A DNA stretch of 64,000 bases from Candidatus Culexmicrobium cathedralense (GCA_025061115.1 JANZKC010000002.1:467092-531091), one strand, 5' to 3'; positions 48,731 to 59,715 are shown, numbered from the stretch's first letter. The notes: a model not told the origin generated them from the letters alone. Numbers and translations are program-made.

Positions 48731-49784
48731 TTTTCCTACATCTCCGCATTATTTCAAAGGGTATTTTATGAAGGGGTAAAACGACATCCACACAACCCTC
48801 TTCTATTGCAGCTCTCGGCATTCCAAAAACCACACTAGTTCTTTTATCCTGAGCAATTGTAAAGCCACCCTTCTCTTTGATCTTCTTCATTCCATAAGCT
48901 CCATCTCTACCCATACCAGTTAAAAGGACGCCAATGGTTTTGGAGCCAAATGATTCAGCAGCAGATTCCATAAGCGGATCAACAGCAGGTCTAACACCAT
49001 GAATCAATGGTCCTTTACTTAGTTGTATTCGACCAGTTTTAGACACAGTCATATGAAAACCTCCAGGAGCCACTAAAACCAACCCTCTTGAAATGTATTC
49101 GCCATCTTCAGCCTCTTTCACTTCAAATTCACATAATCTGTTAAGCCTCTCAGCAAATGGCTTTGTAAAGCCCTCAGGCATGTGTTGTACAATTAGTATG
49201 GGAGGAATATTAGGTGGAAGATTTTCCAAGATGTATGCCAAGGTTTGTGGACCACCTGTTGATGCACCCATAATGATGACTCGCTCTGTCGGCTCGAAGG
49301 ATTCTATGACAGAGGGTTTAATTCTTGTCTTTAATAGGTTAGCTGAAGCTGCTACTTTTATTTTTGAAATAATTTCATCCCTAATTTTATGAAGATCTAA
49401 TGAAATATATCCAGAAGGTTTAGCTATAAAATCAACAGCACCACATTCCAAGGCCTTAAAAGTATATTCAGCACCCTCTTGAGTTAATGCACTAAGCACT
49501 ATTACAGGTGTAGGAAAATTTTTCATAATATATTTTAGCGCATCTAAGCCATTCATCCGCGGCATTTCGATATCTAACGTTATAACGTCAGGACGCAGAT
49601 CCGCTACTTTACGTATTGCCTCTTCACCATCCCTCGCAGTTGCAATAACTTCAAGTTGAGGATCAGAATTTATAATGCTGGATATTACATGTCTCATAAA
49701 AGTTGAATCATCGACAACAAGTACTCTAATTTTATTCAACACTCCACATCCTCCAAAAAATGGGAGTAGGTTTAAGCTCCTCAA
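48723..49784 (-). CDS. cheB: Chemotaxis response regulator methylesterase CheB
   Basis: Receiver domain LDIEMP, ASTGGP, QHMP, TGMGRDG. Confidence 0.97.
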   Translation of the reverse strand: MRSLNLLPFFGGCGVLNKIRVLVVDDSTFMRHVISSIINSDPQLEVIATARDGEEAIRKVADLRPDVITLDIEMPRMNGLDALKYIMKNFPTPVIVLSALTQEGAEYTFKALECGAVDFIAKPSGYISLDLHKIRDEIISKIKVAASANLLKTRIKPSVIESFEPTERVIIMGASTGGPQTLAYILENLPPNIPPILIVQHMPEGFTKPFAERLNRLCEFEVKEAEDGEYISRGLVLVAPGGFHMTVSKTGRIQLSKGPLIHGVRPAVDPLMESAAESFGSKTIGVLLTGMGRDGAYGMKKIKEKGGFTIAQDKRTSVVFGMPRAAIEEGCVDVVLPLHKIPFEIMRRCRKNA

Positions 49785-49821
49785 TTTCAGTCAGTTTATG
49801 TGATTCTAGTTTTATTTCAAT

Positions 49822-50343
49822 TCATGTTTCTACAGCCTTCTTCAAGATTTTTGCTGCCTCCATATCACCCTCCATCACATCTTCAAACTGTTGAGACTCT
49901 AGGCTCATGCTCTTCTTTGAAACAATTCTTCTTAGATCCAGTAGTATTATTAGATCCTCTCCACGTTTCGCTACACCTAGAATATAATTTGAATTGGACA
50001 TTGAAAGTATATCTGGAGTTCGCTCGATATCACTTTGCGAAATACTCATTACTTCCATAACAGAGTCTACTAAAACGCCAATCACTTTCTTATCTTCGCC
50101 ATGTACAACGAGCATTATTTTATTCTTACTCTCTTTGTCTTCTGTTATGTTGAATCTTTTTTTTAAATCTATGACAGGTATCACTTCACCCCTGAGATTT
50201 GTTACTCCCTCAACATAAGGGGGGGCATATGGGACTGGTGTGACCTCTTTGACCTCTCTGACCTCTCTGACTTGATGCACGTCAGCCCCATAGAGAACTC
50301 CATTCAAACTGAAAAGAACCACTTGAATCTCGTCATTCGCCAT
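49822..50343 (-). CDS. cheW: Chemotaxis coupling protein CheW
   Basis: VPYAPPYVEGVTNLRGEVIPVIDL. Confidence 0.96.
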   Translation of the reverse strand: MANDEIQVVLFSLNGVLYGADVHQVREVREVKEVTPVPYAPPYVEGVTNLRGEVIPVIDLKKRFNITEDKESKNKIMLVVHGEDKKVIGVLVDSVMEVMSISQSDIERTPDILSMSNSNYILGVAKRGEDLIILLDLRRIVSKKSMSLESQQFEDVMEGDMEAAKILKKAVET

Positions 50344-50363
50344 AATTCATCACACCTCCCAGA

Positions 50364-51446
50364 TCATTGCGTAAGTCTTTCAAGGATGTCCTGGAGTTTC
50401 TCAGCTTCAGCAAGTATCTCAATTAATCGGGACTCAGCTAAGCTGGTTGCATCCATTATTTCCTTTGAAATAGATGCCATTTCTTCAGCTGCTGCAGATT
50501 GTTCCTCTACTCCTGCAGAAGCTTCCTCAGCTGCAGATGCACTTTCTTGTGCAACGCTTGCAACTTCATCTATTGCCTTAACCACTTCCCTCGCCGCTGC
50601 CATTCCTTGCTGAACTTGTGAATTGAGCTCATCCATTATTTTTGCGACATGTTGAATGACATCTCGTATTTGATTTATACCTTCAATGGCATCCATTATC
50701 ATTTTTTCACCATCAATTGATTCTTTGCTGGACTGCTGTGCTAGGTTTAGAACAGTTGCACCAGCAGTTTTAGTTTCATTAATCAGTGATTCTGCCTCAC
50801 TAGCTGTTTCTCTTGCCTGAGTTGCAAGATTCTTTACGGCATCAGCTACCACTGCGAAACCTCTACCAGCCTCACCTGCTCTAGCAGCTTCAATCGCCGC
50901 GTTCAGAGCAAGCATGTTAGTTTGTCCAGCTACATCCGTTATTGCTCCTGTGAGCTTGCCAACACGTTCCAATATAGTTGTCATATTCTCTACAGCCTTC
51001 AAAACATTGTCTATCCCATCGCGAATAACGTTAATTGAACGCCTTGCCTTTGAGCCAGCTTCAACAATTTGATTCGCCCTGCTTAAAGCCTCTTGAGCCG
51101 CTGCATTAACGGTTTGAGAAGCCTTTGCAGTTTCATTTAACAATGAGGATAAAGCATTCATGCTTTTAGCTGATTGCTCAGCAAGCTGTGATAATCTCTG
51201 TGCACCTTCAGAAACTTGCTGAGAAGCAGCAGCTAGCTGCTGAATGTTCAGTGAAAGTTGATCTGCAACTTTCGAAGCATTTTTTGCAAAGTCTTTTAGG
51301 TTTGAAGCAGCTTGCTTTGCATCAGCAATCATTTTTACAATTCTATTCACACTACTTAAGGCTTCTAGAAGGAGATCATTATCTAATCGCTTTCTACGTC
51401 TTCCCCTTTCAGGAAGAGCTGCCTCCTCAACAGCTTTCTGCGCCAT
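50364..51446 (-). CDS. Soluble methyl-accepting chemotaxis protein (signalling domain only)
   Basis: [27 protein letters not shown] hairpin tip; QE/EE methylation sites; no TM or sensor domain. Confidence 0.93.
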   Translation of the reverse strand: MAQKAVEEAALPERGRRRKRLDNDLLLEALSSVNRIVKMIADAKQAASNLKDFAKNASKVADQLSLNIQQLAAASQQVSEGAQRLSQLAEQSAKSMNALSSLLNETAKASQTVNAAAQEALSRANQIVEAGSKARRSINVIRDGIDNVLKAVENMTTILERVGKLTGAITDVAGQTNMLALNAAIEAARAGEAGRGFAVVADAVKNLATQARETASEAESLINETKTAGATVLNLAQQSSKESIDGEKMIMDAIEGINQIRDVIQHVAKIMDELNSQVQQGMAAAREVVKAIDEVASVAQESASAAEEASAGVEEQSAAAEEMASISKEIMDATSLAESRLIEILAEAEKLQDILERLTQ

Positions 51447-51520
51447 TTTCTCCCCCTAAAGAATAAGGGTTAAGAAAATATTTAAGAAGTAGTAAGTATG
51501 CTATTTAACAGACAATTTCT

Positions 51521-52354
51521 CTAAATCTTTTGAAAAACTCTCCTATCTATATCGACACAAGTAAACTTATCCGCTACCTCCTCTGGAAGAATTTCTGTCT
51601 TTCCAAGGATTAGGTAACCATTATAATTTAACGCGTCATAGAAATCCATGCAGATTTTAGCCTGTGCCTTTTTGGAGAAGTAAATAAGAGTATTTCTGCA
51701 AAAGATTACATCTAAATTTTTATATCTTACTCCTTGCGTTAAGTCCATTTTCTTAAAGTGTACTAGACGCTTAACACATTTCTTAATCCTATATTTTCCA
51801 TTAACTTTCTCAAAGTATTTTTGTAAATACTCTTTACTAATTTTCTCAACAGCCCTTTTTTCATATTCACCTTTTATTGCTCTTTTCAGAGCAGTTTCAT
51901 CAATATCAACGGCGTATATAGACACAAGATATCTATTGACCTTCGATTTTAAGACATCATTTATGATCATGCTTATAGTATAAGGTTCTTCTCCACTTGA
52001 GCAGCCAGCACTTAAAATCCTAATAATCTTTTTCTTACTTAATAGCGAAGGTAATATCCTGGTTTTGAAGTAGGAAAAAACATCAGGATCTCTGAAGAAG
52101 CTCGTGTAATTTATAGTTAAATCTCTTATTAGCAGCGACCATTCATCTTTATTGTTTTTAAGAATCTTCATGTAATCCCAGTAGCTACATACTCCATAGT
52201 GATTCATTCTTACATGTATTCTTCTAACCAAGTAATTATCTCGATAATAATTACAGTTTAATCCAAGATTTTTCAAGATCATCCTTTTCAACATTTCAAA
52301 TCCCTGAACTTCGGATTCACTGTTTTTTCTAATCATTTTTTCACCTTGACACAA
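51521..52354 (-). CDS. cheR: Chemotaxis methyltransferase CheR
   Basis: TINYTSFFRD, SAGCSSGEEPY, DVIFCRNTLIYF. Confidence 0.96.
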   Translation of the reverse strand: MCQGEKMIRKNSESEVQGFEMLKRMILKNLGLNCNYYRDNYLVRRIHVRMNHYGVCSYWDYMKILKNNKDEWSLLIRDLTINYTSFFRDPDVFSYFKTRILPSLLSKKKIIRILSAGCSSGEEPYTISMIINDVLKSKVNRYLVSIYAVDIDETALKRAIKGEYEKRAVEKISKEYLQKYFEKVNGKYRIKKCVKRLVHFKKMDLTQGVRYKNLDVIFCRNTLIYFSKKAQAKICMDFYDALNYNGYLILGKTEILPEEVADKFTCVDIDRRVFQKI

Positions 52355-52520
52355 AGAGCAGGATAAGACCTTGCTTAGCTTTAATAAAGCTCAAGTTATC
52401 TATTTACTCTTATTTCAAAATAAAAGATTGTAAGTAAAAAATGTAACAAACTAATTCTTATTTACTGCATAAAAACTTAACAATCACTTGACTTGAAACA
52501 GCAGAAGGAGGAGCTTACAC

Positions 52521-52889
52521 ATGGCTTCAGTACTTGTAGTGGATGACGCCGCGTTTATGAGGATGGTTTTAAAGAAGATCATTCTCCAGGCCGGTCACAA
52601 AGTTATCGCTGAAGCGAGCAATGGTGACGAGGCCGTGGAGAAATATAGAAAGTTTAGACCGGACATAGTCTTTCTCGACATAGTAATGCCTCCTGGGAGA
52701 TTAACGAAAGATGGAATTGACGCATTAAAAATAATAATGCGAGAAGATCCAGAAGCAAAAGTTATAATGTGTAGCTCAATGGGTCAACATACACTTGTTA
52801 CTGAAGCACTAAAAATTGGGGCAAAAGACTTTGTAGTAAAACCATTTCGCCCAGTGCAAATCCTTGAAGTCCTCTCGAAGTACTCATGA
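52521..52889 (+). CDS. cheY: Chemotaxis response regulator CheY
   Basis: VDDAAFMR, LDIVMP, CSSMGQ, GAKDFVVKPF. Confidence 0.93.
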   Translation: MASVLVVDDAAFMRMVLKKIILQAGHKVIAEASNGDEAVEKYRKFRPDIVFLDIVMPPGRLTKDGIDALKIIMREDPEAKVIMCSSMGQHTLVTEALKIGAKDFVVKPFRPVQILEVLSKYS

Positions 52890-52923
52890 AAATCTAAAAC
52901 GTTATAGGAGTTCTTAGATAGGG

Positions 52924-53415
52924 ATGTGTGAGATTCGTGAAAAAATTCGAATAGGGATGGCAGAAATGATCGTTGTAAAGAATCCTGCAATTATAATAAC
53001 AACTGTAGGCTCCTGCGTGGCCCTTTGTATGTATGACCCAGAAAAAAAGATTGGCGGAATGGCGCATATAGTACTACCAAAAAAGGAAGACGATGACGAA
53101 GATCCAGACTCGGCGCCAAAATATGCAGATACGGCAGTTCCAGCTCTACTTTTCAAACTTATCTCTAAAGGTGCAAAAAGAGAGAATATAAAAGCTAAGA
53201 TAGCTGGAGGTGCAAACATGTTTCCAAATTTAGAAAACCCAATCCTAAAAATAGGAGAAAATAACGTCAAGGCAGTTAAAGAAAAATTAATTGAAATGGG
53301 TATCCCACTAATAGCAGAGGATACAGGGGGAAATCACGGTCGAGTAGTAGAATTTGAAGTTAGAACAGGTACAGTAAAAGTAAATAACATATATGGGAGG
53401 AAAAGAGTATTATGA
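52924..53415 (+). CDS. cheD: Chemoreceptor glutamine deamidase CheD
   Basis: VGSCVA, GGMAHIVLP, KYADTA, AKIAGGANMF, DTGGNHGR. Confidence 0.96.
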   Translation: MCEIREKIRIGMAEMIVVKNPAIIITTVGSCVALCMYDPEKKIGGMAHIVLPKKEDDDEDPDSAPKYADTAVPALLFKLISKGAKRENIKAKIAGGANMFPNLENPILKIGENNVKAVKEKLIEMGIPLIAEDTGGNHGRVVEFEVRTGTVKVNNIYGRKRVL

Positions 53416-54032
53416 CTCATATTACAGGAGAAATTACTGAAGTTGACATACTTCGAGAAATCGGAAGTATAGGGGCTGGAAATGCTGCAACAGCACTTTC
53501 AGAACTTACTCAACAAAAAATATTAATTACATTTCCCGGAATCTACATAGTATCGCCTGAAAAAGTGCCTAAACTACTGGGATTTCATGACATGCCAGTA
53601 GTAGTTATTTACAAGAGATTACAAGAAAACGACGATTGCGATATTCTATTAGTATTCGAAAAAGAAGAGGCAAATAAAATAGTCTCAGCCGTCGCCAAGA
53701 ATACCTTTGGCATAGAAGACATAGACGAAGAAATGAAGAAATCAGTTATCGAAGAAGTTGGAAACATAGTTATAGGAGCCTTCTTAAGCGCAATATCCAA
53801 CTTCACGGACATGAGACTACTACCAGAACCGCCAATTAATGTTAATGATATATTTGATGCAATTCTAGAGGTCTTCCTAACAAAATTATGCATACAAAAC
53901 AGAAAAGCCATTGTCTTCAAAACTTGCTTCAAAAAAGAAGAAGGAGAAATCTATGGAGCAATAATACTCTTTTTAAGTGACAAACTTCAGGAGGACCTAA
54001 TTAAGAGAGGAAGAAAATGGCTAGAAGGATAA
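53412..54032 (+). CDS. cheC: CheY-P phosphatase CheC
   Basis: DILREIGSIGAGNAATALS and SVIEEVGNI repeats. Confidence 0.93.
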   Translation: MTHITGEITEVDILREIGSIGAGNAATALSELTQQKILITFPGIYIVSPEKVPKLLGFHDMPVVVIYKRLQENDDCDILLVFEKEEANKIVSAVAKNTFGIEDIDEEMKKSVIEEVGNIVIGAFLSAISNFTDMRLLPEPPINVNDIFDAILEVFLTKLCIQNRKAIVFKTCFKKEEGEIYGAIILFLSDKLQEDLIKRGRKWLEG

Positions 54033-54036
54033 TAAA

Positions 54037-54939
54037 TTACTGCTCATAATCACCCAAAACATCCATTATTTTTTCTATAATCGAAAAAAGAAAACAAAAA
54101 GTATTTACTAGCACCTCATAATTAGTCCAAAGCGCCATATCTTTCACCTTCTTACCATTCTTTACACGTCGTTCTCTTAGGATAATTAAAAGTTCCTCCT
54201 TATCACTAATCAGGAAAAATGGCACCGTTAAATTAAAGGAGGAATTCGTGAAAAAATTGTTAGAAGCCAAAATAACTTCTATGTTTAAATGCTTCATCAT
54301 TTCTAAGAAGAAGGAAGTTTCCAAAGAGTCGTTAGTTAAGATGCTGACTTTAACACCCCTATCGGAAGCTTCCTTAAGTTTTTCAATCAACCCTGCAGTG
54401 TAAAGTTTTCTAAAGCCATGACCTGGAGTATGAATATAGATTTCGACTTTTGAACTACTTATCATTTTATCCAATCTTAGGAAAATCTGCTCTTGGCCCT
54501 CCAAGATCTGAAAAAGCTCTCTTTTCATTTTAGCTTCATCAAGTTTAGGAAGAGAAGCCCAGATTTTAAATATTCTCTCCTTTTCTTTCTCCATTTCCTC
54601 AATCTTTTTCCTTTTCATATCTATTAGAAGTTCTAATGCTATTTCCAATGGAATTGCAGTAAACTTAAGAGGTCTCCCAAAAACTGAGAAAACCAAGCCA
54701 TTTCTTTCCAAACTCCTCAAAGCTTGATATGTTTCAGTTCTGTAAAGAGAAAGAGCCTCCGAGATCTCTCTAGCCTTTTTTTCCCCTGTTCTAGCTAGAA
54801 AAAGATAAATTTTAGCCTCATTTTTCGAAAGCCCTAACTTAGTTAAGTATTTTTCTATAACTGCAATCTGACTTGTAAAATCGTAAGGCTTCCTAATCTT
54901 CCTACCTTTATGAGTAACTCTACTGATAAGCTGCTCCAT
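54037..54939 (-). CDS. TrmB-family transcription regulator
   Basis: LGLSKNEAKIYLFL HTH, RPLKFTAIP, C-terminal PLD-like effector domain. Confidence 0.88.
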   Translation of the reverse strand: MEQLISRVTHKGRKIRKPYDFTSQIAVIEKYLTKLGLSKNEAKIYLFLARTGEKKAREISEALSLYRTETYQALRSLERNGLVFSVFGRPLKFTAIPLEIALELLIDMKRKKIEEMEKEKERIFKIWASLPKLDEAKMKRELFQILEGQEQIFLRLDKMISSSKVEIYIHTPGHGFRKLYTAGLIEKLKEASDRGVKVSILTNDSLETSFFLEMMKHLNIEVILASNNFFTNSSFNLTVPFFLISDKEELLIILRERRVKNGKKVKDMALWTNYEVLVNTFCFLFSIIEKIMDVLGDYEQ

Positions 54940-55117
54940 TTAGACTCCGCCTAAACTAACGTGGCTCTTCAAAGCTTTTTTAACTTTTGAATCAAAAAAA
55001 TGGCTTTCATAAAGGGTTTGTTTTGCTATTATTAAACTCCATTTTTTCACTATTATATTTCATCAACGCTATTTTTAAGTACATGAAAATGGTAATGAGC
55101 CTTCTTAACAATTTTAC

Positions 55118-56737
55118 TCAAGGATTCGTCAAAAAATCAAATCCCTTAAACATCTGACCGAAGGTCATGTCCATTAATTTTTCACCAGCGAACCATGAAA
55201 AACCACTCACTATTAATAGGAGCCCTACATAGAGAAGACTTGTCCCCCAGAAACCTCCTTCAGCGTCTTTCAATGCAAGAGCATTCAATGTCGTCGTTAA
55301 TAAGATTAAAATGATATTCCCCGTCTGAACTGCAAAAACATCTATCTTCCCAAAGGAAAAATAGGGCAAAGAAACTAGATTTTGGGAGAAAAAGAGGCAT
55401 AGGTAGGTTAATACAACAAGTAGAGCAACTGTCACAGGTTGCAGAATAAAAACTATAGTCTTGAAGCTTTTTGCCACAGAACTTTTTCTTTTTCTGAACT
55501 CCAGAAACTTTATACATGCATTCCCTAGAATTTTTCCAACTTCCATCAAATCTGCACTATAATTCATGGAGTCAAGTAACATTTGATTAGTGGTATAAAC
55601 ACGGAAAGAAGCAGATTCGGAGGATAAAAGGCGCAAAGCCTTTTTAGTTCTTATCCCAAGCTTTATTCTTGCAAGAGTTCTTCTTAAAAGTGTTTTTAGA
55701 GGGCCAAGCTCCATACGTAAAACATAGGATAAAGCACTCTTAATGCTTGATGTTGAAGCCATGTTCTCACATAATGCTTTGATAAGAGTTGGATAGTATT
55801 CATCAATCTTATTAATCTGGGACTCAAAGACATATGCAATAAATCCCGGAATTAATAACGAAGCCCCAAAAACTATGAAGCCAAATGAATAACTAAACCT
55901 TATACCTATGAAAACTGCAGGAAAAATTGATGAAAAAGCAATAATTGCAGATAATCGAAACAGTTTATATAATCTTGGTGGATCCTCTTTATCTATATAG
56001 ACAACTGTTTCTTTAGGTATAACGGTTCTGAATCCCAAATAGAGTATAATCATCAAGACTGAAGAAATAAGATACGAATAAAGCACTAAATTAGATTCAT
56101 TAATGAAAACAGTCAAAATATTCACCGTCATAACTATGAAAACAGAAACACTTTGAAAAGTTCCATAAACACCACCAAGGGTTTTTATAGCCTCTATTGA
56201 CCTGAGATAATAGCCAGAATATTCTTCAAAAAGAGTTGAATTTTCCAATTCAAGATACTCCTTCGGTTCCGGAGATAAAAGCGCCTCCGTACACCTTATA
56301 AGAACATCTTTTAGAGGAGCTTTTACGAGATTAGCCATATGCCACATTGCCTTAGCAAAGCCATAGCCGAAATCCTTAGCTATTTCACGTATTTTGCTGA
56401 ATACCTTACTGTAGTAGCCATATTCTTTCATTTCTGCAACAGAACTAACAAGTTGGTCGGGACCAACTTCTCCTTGTGAAACAACATACATATGAAGAAT
56501 TGACAAAACAAGTTTTTCATCTATTTTTTTAGGGATCTTACTAAATAACTTCTCTTGATAACGGAAGAAGATGATGATCAAAGCAAAGAAAATAGAAGAA
56601 GAAATTGTCATAATAATTGAGAAAGCATCTCTTCTAATCACTAATGAGAACACTGAAAAGGACATCATTAAGATTGAAACTAAAATTAGAACCCGTCTAG
56701 TTCTTTTTCTTAGTGTATTTAATATTCTGCCAGCCAA
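55118..56737 (-). CDS. arlJ: Archaellum motor membrane platform ArlJ (FlaJ)
   Basis: Two T2SS-F-like cytoplasmic domains separated by TM blocks; follows arlI. Confidence 0.88.
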   Translation of the reverse strand: MAGRILNTLRKRTRRVLILVSILMMSFSVFSLVIRRDAFSIIMTISSSIFFALIIIFFRYQEKLFSKIPKKIDEKLVLSILHMYVVSQGEVGPDQLVSSVAEMKEYGYYSKVFSKIREIAKDFGYGFAKAMWHMANLVKAPLKDVLIRCTEALLSPEPKEYLELENSTLFEEYSGYYLRSIEAIKTLGGVYGTFQSVSVFIVMTVNILTVFINESNLVLYSYLISSVLMIILYLGFRTVIPKETVVYIDKEDPPRLYKLFRLSAIIAFSSIFPAVFIGIRFSYSFGFIVFGASLLIPGFIAYVFESQINKIDEYYPTLIKALCENMASTSSIKSALSYVLRMELGPLKTLLRRTLARIKLGIRTKKALRLLSSESASFRVYTTNQMLLDSMNYSADLMEVGKILGNACIKFLEFRKRKSSVAKSFKTIVFILQPVTVALLVVLTYLCLFFSQNLVSLPYFSFGKIDVFAVQTGNIILILLTTTLNALALKDAEGGFWGTSLLYVGLLLIVSGFSWFAGEKLMDMTFGQMFKGFDFLTNP

Positions 56738-58482
56738 GGCATCTTTCCTTCCTTAATCATTTCATAAACTTTCTCAACGCCTACTCTCTCAACTTCAATA
56801 ACAGTATTCCACACACTTTTGAAGCTTGGAGATTTTTCAGATAATACTTGTAGGATCTCAGCCCTCATCTGAAGTTCTTTGTATAATTCAGGAGTCTTAT
56901 CCGTTCCCCATCCTCTGTAAGGAAGAACCTTTGATTCGAGGAGAATGCTTGACCCTCTAAATCGAAGTACGTCATCATCTGGGTCATATATGAAAGCTGG
57001 AAAATAATTTACACTTCCCTCATCAGGATCATAGGATATAATTTCATTTACAGAGAGCACTCTTCTAACAAGTCTGAGACCCCGCTTAATTCTGTTTTGA
57101 AATATGGCCAAGTTTAATCCATTGATATGTGATTTTGGCACATTTATTGGCGGTGAGGTTAATCTCTGGATAAGTGTTTGAAGATCCCCAGCATGAAAAG
57201 TTGAAAGCACAGGGTGACCTGTTTCAATGGCTTGAAAGGCTACATGGCCTTCTTCCCCTCGAATCTCACCAACAATAATGTAGTCAGGTCTTTGTCTCAA
57301 AGCTGCTTTTAATAAGTCAAACATCGTCACCACACTACCTGAGTGAAGTCTTGTCACTTCTCTAACCCAGTTTCGATGTGCTAAGTTTACTTCAGGTGTT
57401 TCCTCTATACTTACTATCTTCGAGTCAGGTCGTATTAAGCCAGCCAAAGCATTCAATGTTGTTGTTTTCCCAGAAGCAGTTTCTCCAGCAATGAAAGCTG
57501 ATACTCCAACTTCAAAAAGCATCCACATATAGGCAGCAAATTCAGCTGAAAAAGTTTTCCATCCAATCAGATGTGCCACTGAAATAGGCTCTTTGGGGAA
57601 TTTTCGAATTGTGAAGTTACTTCCTTTCAAGCTTATATCCTCTCCATAAACAATGTTGAATCTAGAGCCATCGGGCAGATGAATGTCAATTATTGGATGA
57701 GAATAGCTTAGAACATGTCCATACCTCTCAGCCACACTTCTAAGTAGGAAGTCGATTTCCTCTTTTTGAATTTTTATATTGCTTTCCAATGGACCAAAAA
57801 ACTTGTGATAAACGTATACATGCCCAGCTCCAGGTAGACTTATGTCTTCAAGCCAAGGATCTGCAAGGAAAATATCGATAAATCCATGACCTACTCTCTC
57901 CCTCAAAAAATGATAAAGATAGTAAGCGCTCTTCTCTTCTGGTAGATTTATTATCTTCTTCTTGAGCGCTTCATTAAAAAGTTTTGCAATAATCTTCTCT
58001 TTCTCTTCAATGCTCTCTACAACTATTGTTTTCTCGTTTATTAGCTTTGCAACAGCGTTCTCAATTTGATCCATTATCTCTCTGTCTGGTTTTTCAGGCT
58101 CGATAATATTGTATTTGCCGATTTCGCCTCCAGCCTTTATATGGATAAAGATTCCTCGCTCTAAAGGATAGATTATATCTAAAACAAATGCTGCCGACAT
58201 TAAATCAGCTTCCGAGCCCAGTGCACTTGGATCCACAACATAGAAAGGCTCTAAGTTATGCTTTTTAACATATTCAGCCAGATAAGGATATTTTTTCATA
58301 GCTTCCTCGAGAGATTTAGGCTTATCTAGACTTTTGAAGAGGTCTAATCCCATCACTCTTTCTTCCACTCTATCGGATTTATTATTTTTCAAGTTAAATT
58401 TTAAGTTGAACTTTGGGAACCTATTTTTCAAGTTAAATTTTAAGTTGAATTTTGGGAACCTCATGTAAAGCCACCCTCCCAT
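56719..58482 (-). CDS. arlI: Archaellum motor ATPase ArlI (FlaI)
   Basis: GETASGKTT, SIEETPE, ALRQRPDYIIVGEIRG, TGHPVLSTFHA. Confidence 0.95.
   Translation of the reverse strand: MGGWLYMRFPKFNLKFNLKNRFPKFNLKFNLKNNKSDRVEERVMGLDLFKSLDKPKSLEEAMKKYPYLAEYVKKHNLEPFYVVDPSALGSEADLMSAAFVLDIIYPLERGIFIHIKAGGEIGKYNIIEPEKPDREIMDQIENAVAKLINEKTIVVESIEEKEKIIAKLFNEALKKKIINLPEEKSAYYLYHFLRERVGHGFIDIFLADPWLEDISLPGAGHVYVYHKFFGPLESNIKIQKEEIDFLLRSVAERYGHVLSYSHPIIDIHLPDGSRFNIVYGEDISLKGSNFTIRKFPKEPISVAHLIGWKTFSAEFAAYMWMLFEVGVSAFIAGETASGKTTTLNALAGLIRPDSKIVSIEETPEVNLAHRNWVREVTRLHSGSVVTMFDLLKAALRQRPDYIIVGEIRGEEGHVAFQAIETGHPVLSTFHAGDLQTLIQRLTSPPINVPKSHINGLNLAIFQNRIKRGLRLVRRVLSVNEIISYDPDEGSVNYFPAFIYDPDDDVLRFRGSSILLESKVLPYRGWGTDKTPELYKELQMRAEILQVLSEKSPSFKSVWNTVIEVERVGVEKVYEMIKEGKMPWLAEY
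58383..58460 (-). repeat. In-frame 39-bp tandem duplication in the arlI 5' end (RFPKFNLKFNLKN x2)
   Basis: Units 58383-58421 and 58422-58460 differ at one base. Confidence 0.9.
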
Positions 58483-58491
58483 ACTGCACCA

Positions 58492-59193
58492 CTATATTTT
58501 CACACCGCCTAGAGGTAACACTCTTAATCCTACATGGGGATTTATTTCTAAGCTAACAATATCCTTTCTTTCACCAATGGTACCCCATAATTTAACAATT
58601 TTTAGTAGCTTTATTGAAACACCTGCCATTCTAGCATTGGAAAGGACTAAGTAGAGGTCTGAGGAAGCCTTAAGCTTCATGACGATTTTTTCAGGAAGAA
58701 AGTTTGGATGAAAAGTTAAGATTATTGTTTTCCCATCTGAAACAAGGTTCTTCATCCGCGTTACAAAAGTTAAGAACTCATTAGCCGGAGTATCCGTTGC
58801 AAGTACGCTCAGACTGTCAATTACGACGACATCGTAGTAGCTCTTATATAATTCCAAGAAACAATGTGTAACTTTAAGGAATAAGGAAGATAAGAACTTG
58901 CTCCACTGACCACCCTCAACATGTAAAGGGTAAATTTCAAGTCTTCCCCCAACATAATAGGGAATGGGGTCTAATTTTATTGACCTCATTTTTCGTAGAT
59001 ACTCTCTAACAGTCGACTCGCTTGTTATAACATAAACCCGTAAACCTGCCTTTAGCATCGAGTAGATTACGTGCTGTGTAAAGGCTGTCTTCCCAGTACC
59101 ATGACCCCCTTCAATAGATGCGAGGGAAGGATGAGGAAAACCTCCACCTAAGGAGTCATCAAGATCCTTTATTTGCAGAGAAATAAGCCTCAA
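58492..59193 (-). CDS. arlH: Archaellum KaiC/RecA-like ATPase ArlH (FlaH)
   Basis: LGGGFP, GGHGTGKT Walker A, VIDSLS, GKTIILT. Confidence 0.93.
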   Translation of the reverse strand: MRLISLQIKDLDDSLGGGFPHPSLASIEGGHGTGKTAFTQHVIYSMLKAGLRVYVITSESTVREYLRKMRSIKLDPIPYYVGGRLEIYPLHVEGGQWSKFLSSLFLKVTHCFLELYKSYYDVVVIDSLSVLATDTPANEFLTFVTRMKNLVSDGKTIILTFHPNFLPEKIVMKLKASSDLYLVLSNARMAGVSIKLLKIVKLWGTIGERKDIVSLEINPHVGLRVLPLGGVKI

Positions 59194-59702
59194 CCTGTTC
59201 GAACCCCCTCTATCATAGTTGAAACTCCATAATGCGAAATAAAAACAATGATTACAGTTTCATTTATGGGGATTAAGGGGGCATCGCTAGGCAGAGATAA
59301 CATAATCTTTGCTTCCTCACCTGGATTAACGTAAGTATGAGCCGCAACATTGAATGTTAAATTAGTGTTCTGAACTCTAACTTCAGAGATAACGTAATCC
59401 TCTATTAAATATGAAAACCAACTGTTATTTCTGTAAGCAACAACAACGCTGTTCCAGTTAAAGCCTTGATTTTTAAAGAAAATTGTTTTTGACCCAGTAT
59501 TTCTAACATAGAACTCTATAGAAGAAGCATTTATACTTACTATTTGAAGTTCAATTTGAACGCCTGTATCCTGTTTTACTGATTTGTTCAATAACAATGT
59601 AAGTTGATCCAAGGAATAGAGTAAGGAGGCTGCCGTAACACTTACAAAGGTTATAAGTCCTATTAAGATAACTGCTGATGCAGCGGCTACTGAGAAACCC
59701 AC
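59190..59702 (-). CDS. arlF: Archaellum stator protein ArlF (FlaF)
   Basis: MGFSVAAASAVILIG N-terminal TM, NTGS, NPGE, YGV. Confidence 0.82.
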   Translation of the reverse strand: MGFSVAAASAVILIGLITFVSVTAASLLYSLDQLTLLLNKSVKQDTGVQIELQIVSINASSIEFYVRNTGSKTIFFKNQGFNWNSVVVAYRNNSWFSYLIEDYVISEVRVQNTNLTFNVAAHTYVNPGEEAKIMLSLPSDAPLIPINETVIIVFISHYGVSTMIEGVRTG

Positions 59703-59715
59703 TTAAGCTACCTCC

